From positions 4,288,001 through 4,352,000 of the forward strand of contig OZ250169.1 of the NCBI GenBank assembly GCA_965237955.1: DNA of 64,000 nucleotides. Reading direction: 5' to 3'. This document shows, piece after piece, positions 55,238 to 64,000 of this stretch (position 1 is its first letter; the number at the start of each line of letters is the position of its first letter). The position numbers were made by a program, and so were the translations under genes. The notes beneath the pieces are model-generated. The model saw only the letters and a program-made list of their open reading frames with translations, was not told the origin of the DNA and searched no databases. The stretch comes from Candidatus Marinacidobacterales bacterium. GTDB lineage: Bacteria > Acidobacteriota > Vicinamibacteria > Marinacidobacterales > SMYC01.

Positions 55238-57664
55238 TTATTGGACTCTAATCTCTGCCTTGTCGCCCGGCGGTCGCGCGGGCGCCATCTTCATCGGCAG
55301 ATCCGGAAACACGACGGGAAGGAGCTCATCAAGACTCGACACTAGATGAATCTTGAGCTCGTTGCGAATCTCTTCGGGCAAGTCCTCGAGTATCGCTTTT
55401 TCGTTGAGCTTCGGGATGAGCACTTCCTTGATCCCATAGCGATGCGCCGCGAGGAGCTTCTCTTTGAGCCCACCCACGGGCAGCACGTGTCCGGTCAGGG
55501 TGATCTCTCCCGTCATCGCGACTTCCGGACGCGCCGGGGTATCGGAGAGGATCGAGATCAACGATGCCACCATGGTCACGCCCGCGGAAGGCCCATCTTT
55601 AGGAGTCGAGCCCTCGGGCACGTGCAAGTGGAGATCCATTTTTTGGTAGAAGTCGCTCTCGAGACCGAGCGCCAAGCTGTTGGCGCGCACCCACGTCAAA
55701 GCGGCGGTTGCCGACTCCTTCATCACGTCGCCGAGCTGTCCCGTCAACGTGAGGTTCTTCGCACCCCGCACTTTGGACGCTTCGACGAACAAGATATCGC
55801 CGCCGACCGGCGTCCATGCGAGCCCAATCACGACGCCCGGCACTTTCACGCGATCATGGATCTCGCGCGACAGCGATGTGGGCGCTCCCAGAAGCTCTTG
55901 GAGGCCGTCGGCGGTTGCGTGTAGCGGTTCGGTCTCGCCCTCAGCGAGCTTGCGCGCTGCCTTCCGGCAAATCGTTGCGATCGAGCGCTCCAGATTGCGG
56001 AGCCCGGCTTCGCGGGTGTAGTAGCGGATGATGTGGGAGATCGCTTCGCGCTCGAACGTCGGTGCGATCTTCTCGTCGGTCAGCCCGTGATTGTCGAGCT
56101 GGCGCGGGATCAGATGCCGATGTGCGATCTGGACCTTCTCTTCTTCGGTGTAGCCCGCGAGGTTGATGACCTCCATGCGGTCTTTGAGCGCCGCCGGAAT
56201 CGGGTCCATGATGTTCGCGGTCGCGATGAACAAGACCTCGGATAGATCGAACGCCAAGTCGACGTAGTGATCGCGGAACGTGTCGTTCTGCTCGGGGTCC
56301 AAGACCTCGAGAAGTGCCGAGCTCGGGTCGCCGCGGAAATCCATTCCCAGCTTGTCGACCTCGTCGAGCATGAACACGGGATTCTTCGTGCCCGCGCGGC
56401 ACAGGTTCTGGATGACCTGTCCCGGCAGCGCACCGATGTAGGTGCGCCGGTGACCGCGGATCTCGGCTTCGTCGCGGATCCCGCCCAAGCTCATACGGAC
56501 GAACTTGCGTCCGAGCGCTTTGGCGATCGATTTTCCCAGGCTCGTCTTGCCGACGCCCGGAGGGCCGACGAAACAAAGGATCGGGCCCTTGATGTCGGGC
56601 TTTATCTTGCGGACCGCGAGAAACTCGAGGATGCGGTCTTTGACCTTTTCGAGATCGTAGTGGTCCGCTTCGAGAATGTCTTTGGCGCGGGGAATGTCGT
56701 AGACGTCTTCGGTTTTCTTCGACCACGGCACCCTTACGAGCCAGTCGAGATAGGTGCGCCCCACGGTGTACTCCGCGGAGGCCGGCGGAATCTTGGCAAG
56801 CCGGTTGAGCTCGCGTACCGCCTCTTTCTCCGCCTCTTCGGGCATCTTCGCTTCTTGGATTTTGAGGCGCATCTCGTCGATATCTTTCGCGTTCTCGTCG
56901 GATTCGCCGAGCTCTTTTTGGATGGCTTTCATTTGCTCGCGCAGGTAGTACTCGCGCTGCGTGCGTCCGACCTCGTTCTTGACTTGTGATTCGATCTTGT
57001 TGCCGACCTCGAGCACCTCCTGCTCGCGCTGAAGCGCTTCGTGGACGGTCGTGAGGCGGTCCTTCACCCGCGAGACCTCGAGCACTCGCTGGCGAGACTC
57101 GGTGTCGAGGCTCGGTAAACTTTGGGCAACGAAGTCGGCGAGCCGCCCCGGGTCGTTGAGCGTGGCGGCGAGAGAGCCGACTTCGTCCGCGAGCGACGGC
57201 GACATCTCCACGATCTTGGAGAACACCGAATGGACGTTTCTCGTCAGGGCATCGATCTCGATCGCGTCTTCGGGCAGTGCGAGGCTTTCCACGATCTCGA
57301 TGTCCGCGCGAATGTAGGGAGTGACCTGAGTGATTTTCAGAACGTTGAATCGGAATCCGCCTTGCACGACGAGGCGAATCGACCCGTCCGGCATGCGGAC
57401 GGATTTGTGAATGCGAACGCTGGTGCCCACGGCGTGTAGATCTGACGCGGTGGGCGACTCGATGGTCGCGTCCTTCTGGGTGACCACCCCGATGAAATCC
57501 GCAGAATCGCCGTTCTCGTTCAGGAGGCGCACCGTGGAGTCGCGCCCGACCGCGAGCGGCAGAATCGACTGCGGGAAAATCACCGTGTCGCGAAGGGGGA
57601 GGATCGGCACGGCCCGATGGATCTCGCCGTTCACGGGCCGTTTGATTTGTTCGGATTCTTCCAT
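55238..57664 (-). CDS. lon: Lon ATP-dependent protease
   Basis: [37 protein letters not shown] and GGLKEK motifs. Confidence 0.97.
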   Translation of the reverse strand: MEESEQIKRPVNGEIHRAVPILPLRDTVIFPQSILPLAVGRDSTVRLLNENGDSADFIGVVTQKDATIESPTASDLHAVGTSVRIHKSVRMPDGSIRLVVQGGFRFNVLKITQVTPYIRADIEIVESLALPEDAIEIDALTRNVHSVFSKIVEMSPSLADEVGSLAATLNDPGRLADFVAQSLPSLDTESRQRVLEVSRVKDRLTTVHEALQREQEVLEVGNKIESQVKNEVGRTQREYYLREQMKAIQKELGESDENAKDIDEMRLKIQEAKMPEEAEKEAVRELNRLAKIPPASAEYTVGRTYLDWLVRVPWSKKTEDVYDIPRAKDILEADHYDLEKVKDRILEFLAVRKIKPDIKGPILCFVGPPGVGKTSLGKSIAKALGRKFVRMSLGGIRDEAEIRGHRRTYIGALPGQVIQNLCRAGTKNPVFMLDEVDKLGMDFRGDPSSALLEVLDPEQNDTFRDHYVDLAFDLSEVLFIATANIMDPIPAALKDRMEVINLAGYTEEEKVQIAHRHLIPRQLDNHGLTDEKIAPTFEREAISHIIRYYTREAGLRNLERSIATICRKAARKLAEGETEPLHATADGLQELLGAPTSLSREIHDRVKVPGVVIGLAWTPVGGDILFVEASKVRGAKNLTLTGQLGDVMKESATAALTWVRANSLALGLESDFYQKMDLHLHVPEGSTPKDGPSAGVTMVASLISILSDTPARPEVAMTGEITLTGHVLPVGGLKEKLLAAHRYGIKEVLIPKLNEKAILEDLPEEIRNELKIHLVSSLDELLPVVFPDLPMKMAPARPPGDKAEIRVQ

Positions 57665-57756
57665 TTGCTACCTCGATGGTGTGCCGCTGGGTCCCCCATC
57701 TAGGGTATCAGTCCAGGCGAACTCTCTCAAGCCTTGCGCCATGAGCCCACAGCGCC

Positions 57757-57785
57757 ATTATCGAGCTTTAGTGTTGAATTGTCAA
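57757..57785 (-). promoter_or_regulatory. lon promoter with overlapping HAIR-like operator
   Basis: TTGACA-N17-GATAAT. TTGACAATTCAACACTAA is shared with the dnaK promoter. Confidence 0.7.
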
Positions 57786-57897
57786 ATGATGTGTAAGTTA
57801 TTTATAACTAGTAATTTAAGAGTAACCTCCATCTGTTATATTTGAGTGTATCAACTGCATATTATTAAGTTTAAGCCCCTCACCACATCTTCACTCT

Positions 57898-60186
57898 TCA
57901 CTGGCCCGGGTAACCGGTTGGCTCAGAGCCGGAAATGAACGACTCGAGGATAACGTCCGAGCCTTGTCCGGAGTAGGTGGGGTATCCCGTCTTCTTGTCC
58001 ACCGGTACGAACACGATGTTCGAGGGGACGGGGAAGTCCTCAATGGGCTTGTCCTTGAGCGCGAATTCCATGAAATCGATCCACGCCGGTAGAGCCGCTC
58101 GCGCCCCGGTCTCACGATCACCCAGCGTGACTTTCTGATCGAATCCGACCCAGGTCCCGGCGACGAGGGTCGGGTCGAACCCAAGGAACCAGGCGTCGGT
58201 GTAGTCGTTCGTCGTGCCGGTTTTGCCTGCGATCGGTCGTCCGAGCCTCGAGGCGCGGATGCCGGTCCCTCTCTGTACCACGCCCCGTAACAGGTTGGTG
58301 ACGATGTACGCGGAGTCGGCGCGGATGGCCGAGGCGGCCTTCGGGTACGTCTCCTCGAGAACGTTGCCGTCGCGATCGGTGACCTTGGTAATGAACAAAG
58401 GCTGCATACGAATACCCTGGTTCGCGAACGCGGAATAAGCGGAGACCATTTCCAGAAGCGTCGCTTCGGCTGCTCCGAGGGTGATGCTGAGATATGGAGG
58501 AATCGGGCCGGACAGGCCGAGCCGCTTCGCGTAGTCTGCGACTTTCTGCGGACCGATCTGCTGCGTCAGCCGAACCGCAGGAACGTTACGAGAGGCCTCG
58601 ATCAGTCGTCTCAGCGTGATCCAGCCTTCGAATTTCCGATCGTAGTTCCGTGGCTCGTAGGCTTCCTCGATGTGCGGGTCGACGTAGCGCACCGGTTCAT
58701 CGAGGATGAGCGAAGTGGGGGTGTAGCCCTCGTCTACGGCGGCACCGAGAGCGAACGCTTTGAACGCTGAGCCAGGCTGTCGCCTCGCCTGGGTCGCCCG
58801 GTTGAACTTGCTCTTTTCGAAATCTAAACCGCCCACCATCGCCTTGATCTGCCCGGTTCGCGCTTCGATCGCAAGGAGCGCCCCGTTGGCGGCGGGTTCT
58901 TGCTCGACCTTTACCACCATCGTCGCAAGCTCGGAGTCGATGCTCGCGATCTCGAACTCCGACACGTCGCCGACGGCGAACAACTGGCCCAGCGGCTTTT
59001 CAGTCCACACGGCGGATTCGGGGTCGATCGTCGCGGTGAACCGGCCTATCCGCACTGTCGTGTCGCTCCCCGCCTCGGTGACCACGCCGGCAACGATCTG
59101 TCCCTGGTTAAACGGCTCCATCCAATCGTCGGAGTGGAACTCCTGAATGGAAATCTCCATGTCGCGCAGCACGTTGGTCGCCACCGGCCTGAGGCCTTGG
59201 CGTTTGTCCAGTTGTCGCACCGCCCGATCCATAGTGCCGTTGGCGCGCTCCTGCACCGCCCGGTTGAGCGTCGTGTATACCCGGAGGCCGCCGCGATAAA
59301 TACGCGTGGCCCCATATTTTTCCTCCAGGTATTGACGGACCTCTTCGACGAAGTAAGGCGCGATGTTCCCGCTCGCACCCCTGCGTCGGAGCTGGAGCGG
59401 CACGTTCTTGGCGCGCTCAGCCTCTTCCTTTGTTATGAAATCTTCCACTTCCATACGCTGCAGCACGACGTCGCGCTGCTCGAGCGAAGCCTCCGGGTTC
59501 ACGAACGGGCTGTAGTTTCCCGGCGATGGCGCGAGTCCGACGATCAGGGCCGCCTCCTCCAGCGTGAGGTCGCGCGTGTCCTTTCCGAAGTAGTACTCCG
59601 ACGCCGCCTGGACACCGTAGAGGCCGTGACCGAAATGCAGAAGGTTGCAGTAGTAAGTGAAGATCTCCTCTTTCGTATAGGCGCGCTCGATTTGGAACGC
59701 GAGAATGGCTTCTTTGATCTTGCGGGCGATGGTTTCCTCACGCGTGAGAAAGAGAAGTCTCGAGACTTGCTGTGTAATCGTGCTCGCGCCGGAAACGATC
59801 TCGCCCGCCCACACGTTGTCCCACGCGGCGCGCAAGATGCCGACGGGATCGAAGCCGTGGTGGCTCCAGAATCGCTGATCTTCTTTGGCGACGAAGGCGT
59901 TCCGCAAGACTTCGGGTACGTCCGCGTACGGAATGACGACGCGCTTTTCGACGGCGAACTCGGCGATCACCTCGCCGTCGTCGGCAAAAATCTGAGTGAT
60001 GATGCTCGGCTGGTAGTTCTCGATCTGCTCGATGATCGGGAGATCGCGCTGGTAGGCGAGGACGAGGCCCGTCAGTGTGCCGCCGACGGCGGCCAGGGCG
60101 AACAAGACGCCGACGACGATGAATCTCAGTAATTTGCGACCACGAACCGCTTTCTCAGGTGATTCCGGGGAGTTCTCGGTTTCCAT
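57898..60186 (-). CDS. mrcA: Class A penicillin-binding protein 1A
   Basis: TM anchor, EDQRFWSHHG, GASTITQQ, RKIKE, OB insert, SAFK, SRN and KTGT motifs. Confidence 0.9.
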   Translation of the reverse strand: METENSPESPEKAVRGRKLLRFIVVGVLFALAAVGGTLTGLVLAYQRDLPIIEQIENYQPSIITQIFADDGEVIAEFAVEKRVVIPYADVPEVLRNAFVAKEDQRFWSHHGFDPVGILRAAWDNVWAGEIVSGASTITQQVSRLLFLTREETIARKIKEAILAFQIERAYTKEEIFTYYCNLLHFGHGLYGVQAASEYYFGKDTRDLTLEEAALIVGLAPSPGNYSPFVNPEASLEQRDVVLQRMEVEDFITKEEAERAKNVPLQLRRRGASGNIAPYFVEEVRQYLEEKYGATRIYRGGLRVYTTLNRAVQERANGTMDRAVRQLDKRQGLRPVATNVLRDMEISIQEFHSDDWMEPFNQGQIVAGVVTEAGSDTTVRIGRFTATIDPESAVWTEKPLGQLFAVGDVSEFEIASIDSELATMVVKVEQEPAANGALLAIEARTGQIKAMVGGLDFEKSKFNRATQARRQPGSAFKAFALGAAVDEGYTPTSLILDEPVRYVDPHIEEAYEPRNYDRKFEGWITLRRLIEASRNVPAVRLTQQIGPQKVADYAKRLGLSGPIPPYLSITLGAAEATLLEMVSAYSAFANQGIRMQPLFITKVTDRDGNVLEETYPKAASAIRADSAYIVTNLLRGVVQRGTGIRASRLGRPIAGKTGTTNDYTDAWFLGFDPTLVAGTWVGFDQKVTLGDRETGARAALPAWIDFMEFALKDKPIEDFPVPSNIVFVPVDKKTGYPTYSGQGSDVILESFISGSEPTGYPGQ

Positions 60187-60232
60187 AGATTTTGTCTCGC
60201 GGGGCGCAACCTTATTATAGACGGTCAGGGAC

Positions 60233-60265
60233 CAGCATCCAGCATTCAGCATCCAGCATCCAGTT
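60233..60265. repeat. Heptamer tandem repeat identical to 29102-29134
   Basis: CAGCATC CAGCATT CAGCATC CAGCATC CAGTT. Confidence 0.85.
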
Positions 60266-60501
60266 GGACCCGCGAGCCTTGCCGTCGTTGACGTTTTCCG
60301 GACACGACAGGGCGTCGCCTTCGGCAGGTTGGGCTACTCGACGGCGAGCGCTCGACACGCGGCGGCGACGCTGCCGAAGTCTCAGTTCGGCTAGGTAGGT
60401 ATCGTCAAGTGCGTGTTTTCCGTTTAGTGTTATCTTTCAACATCTTAGACGGCTCCTCATGTCGCCGAGTATCGCGGTTTCCGTGCCGTCCTGAGAATTC
60501 C

Positions 60502-60522
60502 GTGACCATTTTGTGACCATTT
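60502..60522. repeat. Direct repeat GTGACCATTT x2, candidate integrase arm-type sites
   Basis: GTGACCATTT-T-GTGACCATTT abuts the integrase stop codon. Confidence 0.55.
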
Positions 60523-61685
60523 CATCCGTGGAGAACTGATCGGGTCTTTTCGACTGCGGCTTTCTGAAGCTCGGGCACTACGTGCGAATAAAGGTCGAGC
60601 GTGATTTGCGTTTTCGTATGGCCGAGCCGGAAGGAAACCGTCTTAACATCGACGCCAGCTATCAGCGCGAGCGTCGCAGCGGTGTGACGGAGGCCATGAA
60701 ACTTGATGGGTGGCAACCCGGCCTCCTTGACGAGCTTCGCGAATTCCCGCACGCCGATGCTTCTCACTGGGAGTGAGTCGCCAAGCATGGTGCGTTGATT
60801 CGTTTTCCTTAGGTCTTTCCATTCCTTCGCGAAGACGAGTTGATGGTCGCGATAGACGCCACGGTTCCTCATCTTCAACGTTGCCGGATGGGCTTTGTGA
60901 GTGCTGAGGAGGTCGGCTAGCTCGGGCGTGATTTCTAGCGTTCGCTCTTCTCCAGACTTCAACGGTCCGAATTCCGGCGATGATCCTTCCTTGGTGAGCT
61001 GATGCTTGAGCGTGATGGTGCACGCATCAACGTCAACGTCTTCCCACTTGAGCCCGCAAAGCTCGGCCTTGCGAAACCCGATTTCGAGCGCAGTCGTGTA
61101 AAACGCAATTTGCTGCGGTCCGGCTTCTTGGGCCGTCTTCAAGAACGTCTTCGCTTCATCGGATGTCCAGCAGTTCGCGCGGACGTCGGCGTTGTTTTCT
61201 TTGCTGCTCTTGGGGCGCGCGTCGATGAGCCGGGCCGCGTTATCCGTGACGAGCTTCTTCTTCTTCGCCGAGTCGAGAGCGGACTGTGTGACGACGTGGT
61301 GAAGCTCCAGCCCGGACGCGCACAGCTTCGACTCCCGGTAATACCGCTCGATGTGCGTCGCCTGGAGTCGTTGAAGCTTGATGCGACCGAGCTTCGGCTT
61401 CAGGTGCTTGTCGATGATTCCCTGGTAGCGCTCTTGCGTTGCTGGGCGTTTCTGGTGCTTGGTGTTCTCGTACCAAACATCGAGCCATTGGCCGAAGTTG
61501 GTTTTCTTCGGGTCGATGTAACTGCCCGCATCAATTCCGGCGCTGATCCTGGCAAGCTCCTTTTCCACCTCGTTCTTCGTGCGCTTCGTGACCGAGCGAA
61601 AGCGGCGCTTTCCGGTCGCGGAGTCGACGCCTACGTCGATTCTACCGCGCCACGAATTGCCGCGTCGCTTGATAGAGCCTTTCAT
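60522..61685 (-). CDS. Phage/ICE-type tyrosine integrase
   Basis: N-terminal arm domain MKGSIKRRGNSW; catalytic GFRKAEL, K, HGLRH, LGH and LYSH. Start set at ATG 61685. Confidence 0.92.
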   Translation of the reverse strand: MKGSIKRRGNSWRGRIDVGVDSATGKRRFRSVTKRTKNEVEKELARISAGIDAGSYIDPKKTNFGQWLDVWYENTKHQKRPATQERYQGIIDKHLKPKLGRIKLQRLQATHIERYYRESKLCASGLELHHVVTQSALDSAKKKKLVTDNAARLIDARPKSSKENNADVRANCWTSDEAKTFLKTAQEAGPQQIAFYTTALEIGFRKAELCGLKWEDVDVDACTITLKHQLTKEGSSPEFGPLKSGEERTLEITPELADLLSTHKAHPATLKMRNRGVYRDHQLVFAKEWKDLRKTNQRTMLGDSLPVRSIGVREFAKLVKEAGLPPIKFHGLRHTAATLALIAGVDVKTVSFRLGHTKTQITLDLYSHVVPELQKAAVEKTRSVLHG

Positions 61686-62152
61686 ATTTCTTCCGTCCTC
61701 GAGCCTTGCCGGGAGAGGGGCGCTAGTGCGCCCCTCGGGCCCGGCTTTCAACGTGAAGATGGCGACGGCGGGCTACGGCCGCCGCGACGAGCGCGCAGTG
61801 TCGCTGCTCTCGTGAGGGGGCTTGCGGCGGCAACTGGGGATGATGTTTACTTTTAGCCCCGATGGATTGGGCCTAAAGAAGTTTGGGCAAGAAAACCTCC
61901 CATTCCCTGGTTGAGGAGGGCGTGTGGCCGACGAACCGAAAACCGCAGAAACCCAATCACCATCAACCGCCGAGCCCGAGCCGGCAGTGGTCGCTGCAGG
62001 CGAAGAAGCTGCCGAGCCTGCGCGAGCCAAACAAGACGCCGCGTCGAAGGCAGACCCGTCACCGGGTACTGCCTCTCTGGACCGCGACATGATGAGGCTC
62101 ATGGTATGCGGATGTCCTTCGGAAACAGAAGAAATCCGGAATCGAGCGCGCA

Positions 62153-62644
62153 ATGCCTTGGTTCACTTTAGCGATCGCGCTAGTTGGTGCCGTGTTGGGC
62201 ATCTATAGTTCCCTGGCGACTCGAGACGCAGCTAAAAGGGAGACTGCTCAAAAGATACAGGAATTGCTCGATGAAGCGTTTGACCTGCTCGGCGGCGAAG
62301 AGGGGACACCGTTCATTTCTGGGAGTCTCAGAATCCGCGACCCGATTGTGCTGACAAAGGTCGATCGTTTGATTAGCGAAGCACTCCTCCTTGATCCTGG
62401 CAGCTCTGGCGCCCATATGCGTCGGGGGGATCTGCTCGACGTGAAAGGCCTACCAGAACAAGCCATCACCGCGTACCGCAAAGCCATCGAGCTCGACCCG
62501 AACAACGCGGCCGCCCACAGCCGCCTCGCGCTCAAGGACAAGGGGCAGCTCGACGACGCCATCGCCGAGTACCGCAAAGCCATCCAGCTCGACCCCAACT
62601 ACGCGCAGGCTAAACGCAACTTGGAAATAGCGCTCGGACAATAG
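62153..62644 (+). CDS. Membrane-anchored TPR protein
   Basis: N-terminal hydrophobic helix; TPRs AITAYRKAIELDPNNA and AIAEYRKAIQLDPNYA. Confidence 0.7.
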   Translation: MPWFTLAIALVGAVLGIYSSLATRDAAKRETAQKIQELLDEAFDLLGGEEGTPFISGSLRIRDPIVLTKVDRLISEALLLDPGSSGAHMRRGDLLDVKGLPEQAITAYRKAIELDPNNAAAHSRLALKDKGQLDDAIAEYRKAIQLDPNYAQAKRNLEIALGQ

Positions 62645-62849
62645 CGAACGGAGACGCTACGCGACCGCTCCCTCGCCGGCGACAAAGCTACCGGGAAGCT
62701 TACGTTCCCGCGACCCCTGGCCCTACCGCGCCTCTTTTCCTTGTAAGACGAAATTTAGAGCGGGAAGGCTCCTTCATGAAGGGAGTCCTTCGCACTTGTG
62801 GACTGCACGGTGCATACGGGTTAGCCTGGAAAAAGGCGGAGCCATCACG

Positions 62850-63518
62850 TCAATTGGTCTTGGTCACCTCGGTGAGACGCACGCGGTCGGGCGATAAGTT
62901 CTCCACACGAAGCTTGGCGTTCTTCTTGTCGACCTTCATCTGGACGGCCAGGCACAATGTGCCTTCCCCTTCGTTGTTTTCGTCTAGGCGGAGCTGGATC
63001 AGGCTGAACGGGTAGTGCACCGCAAAATCACCCGTGTCCCGCGCACCAACATCAGGGTCCGAAAGGTCCGAAGTAAATGGCGTATAATCAGCGATGGGCT
63101 CACCGGTGGCCAGTCGAATGATGCGTTTGCCCTCCACTCGGATCTCGCGGGCATAGCGCAAGCGGACGCTTGAAGCGCTGCGCCGGTGGACGAAGCCCGC
63201 GACTTCCTGTTTCTGAAGCGCCTTGAGAAAATCCTTAGGCCCGTTCTCCACGAGCGTTGTGATGAGCTGCTTGTGCTCCTCGTCGGTCGTCCAGCGGTCG
63301 ATGCTGATCGTCAACGGCTGCTTTCTGCCGAACCCGGTCGAATAAATGGCGCGCGCCCGATAGGTTTCCCGGATCCTCTCTTCCTGCTCTTCCTGCGCCC
63401 CGGCCAGGCCGGTTTGAACCACTAGCGCCGCAGCGAGGGCGAGGCCTACAACCACCCTGAACACAGCTGGACTAGATTGCATTGTTTCGATACTCGTTTT
63501 TGCTCTCATTGCTCTCAT
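62850..63518 (-). CDS. Secreted hypothetical protein (start 63518 or 63482)
   Basis: AGGGGGAG SD precedes ATG 63518. Signal peptide VVVGLALAAALVVQTGLAGA-Q, then IDRWTTDEE...LRYARE...YPFSLIQLRLDENNEGEG. Confidence 0.65.
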   Translation of the reverse strand: MRAMRAKTSIETMQSSPAVFRVVVGLALAAALVVQTGLAGAQEEQEERIRETYRARAIYSTGFGRKQPLTISIDRWTTDEEHKQLITTLVENGPKDFLKALQKQEVAGFVHRRSASSVRLRYAREIRVEGKRIIRLATGEPIADYTPFTSDLSDPDVGARDTGDFAVHYPFSLIQLRLDENNEGEGTLCLAVQMKVDKKNAKLRVENLSPDRVRLTEVTKTN

Positions 63519-63686
63519 CGTTCTCCCCCCTTTTACTACATCCCGGCGCGGTGCTTCGATCAAAGGGTCGGGCCCGACCCCTTGATGGTGCTGGGAATCC
63601 TTATTCCCGTAACCCCTTTTCCATGGTTGTAGTAGGGTTTGATTCATGGCGGCATGGGTTGTTATCGCGAACGCGGCAGCGGAGAG

Positions 63687-63968
63687 TCATAAGGCGGGAG
63701 TCGTGAGCACGACGTAAGCAGCCAACTGATCGTTGCAAGGGCTCCTTGGTAAGTCAAACCCCCGCCGCATTTCCGCCAGCGACTCCGCTACCTCCAGAAG
63801 AGAAATATCTTCGCGGTGCTTCGTAATGAGTTGATGTGACTTCACAATCATGTCCCCAAGTTGCTGCCCCGACTCAGGACACAAGTCCTCGACCTCTTTC
63901 ATTACGCGTTCGAAGCTTCCTAACAATGCAATGGGGGGGTTCCATGTCCCTGCTTGAACGACTGCCAT
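63687..63968 (-). CDS. Small hypothetical protein
   Basis: 93-aa ORF with GGGAGAAG before the ATG and lower GC. No recognisable motif. Confidence 0.35.
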   Translation of the reverse strand: MAVVQAGTWNPPIALLGSFERVMKEVEDLCPESGQQLGDMIVKSHQLITKHREDISLLEVAESLAEMRRGFDLPRSPCNDQLAAYVVLTTPAL

Positions 63969-64000
63969 CTTCTCCCAATAGGGTGATGTGCTCTGTACTC

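Noticed and set aside
5581-60265. CRISPR array from the dispersed repeats
   Set aside because: The repeats are isolated or short tandem units with no regularly spaced unique spacers, and there are no cas genes.
60270-60342. GGCTACTCGAC as a group II intron 3' end
   Set aside because: No proper domain V (AGC triad / GAAA loop hairpin) upstream.

Overview
High-GC bacterial chromosomal segment. The gene set (DUF4388 proteins, DUF6600/FecR protein, kinase–TolB-propeller fusion, a secreted hypothetical family) suggests Acidobacteriota, probably Vicinamibacteria; this is inference, not a search result. It is mostly housekeeping: galTK, mtaB, nrdJ, sppA, dnaK-dnaJ-hspR plus a DnaC-like ATPase, rarA, greA, nfeD/SPFH, prfB, ddl, cbpA-like dnaJ, lon and PBP1A. 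Mobile or decayed DNA is interspersed: a 5' group II intron remnant, an IS110, gene fragments, several frameshifted genes, an integrase-bounded island at the right end and two dispersed repeat families. Best leads: (1) an exported peroxiredoxin-like gene with an in-frame UGA at the catalytic position (TGG-U) and a non-canonical SECIS-like hairpin; (2) a near-identical 18-bp operator overlapping the -35 of both the dnaK-hspR and lon-cbpA promoters (candidate HspR regulon, with a helicase-loader-like ATPase inside it); (3) a stand-alone pseudo-caspase(CHAT)-NACHT-HEAT protein; (4) an IS110 whose upstream non-coding region carries candidate bridge-RNA guides matching its right junction; (5) a structured ~250-nt nrdJ leader; (6) a diiron ferritin-like–DUF362 fusion gene missing from the ORF track. 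No CRISPR array, tRNA or rRNA was recognised.
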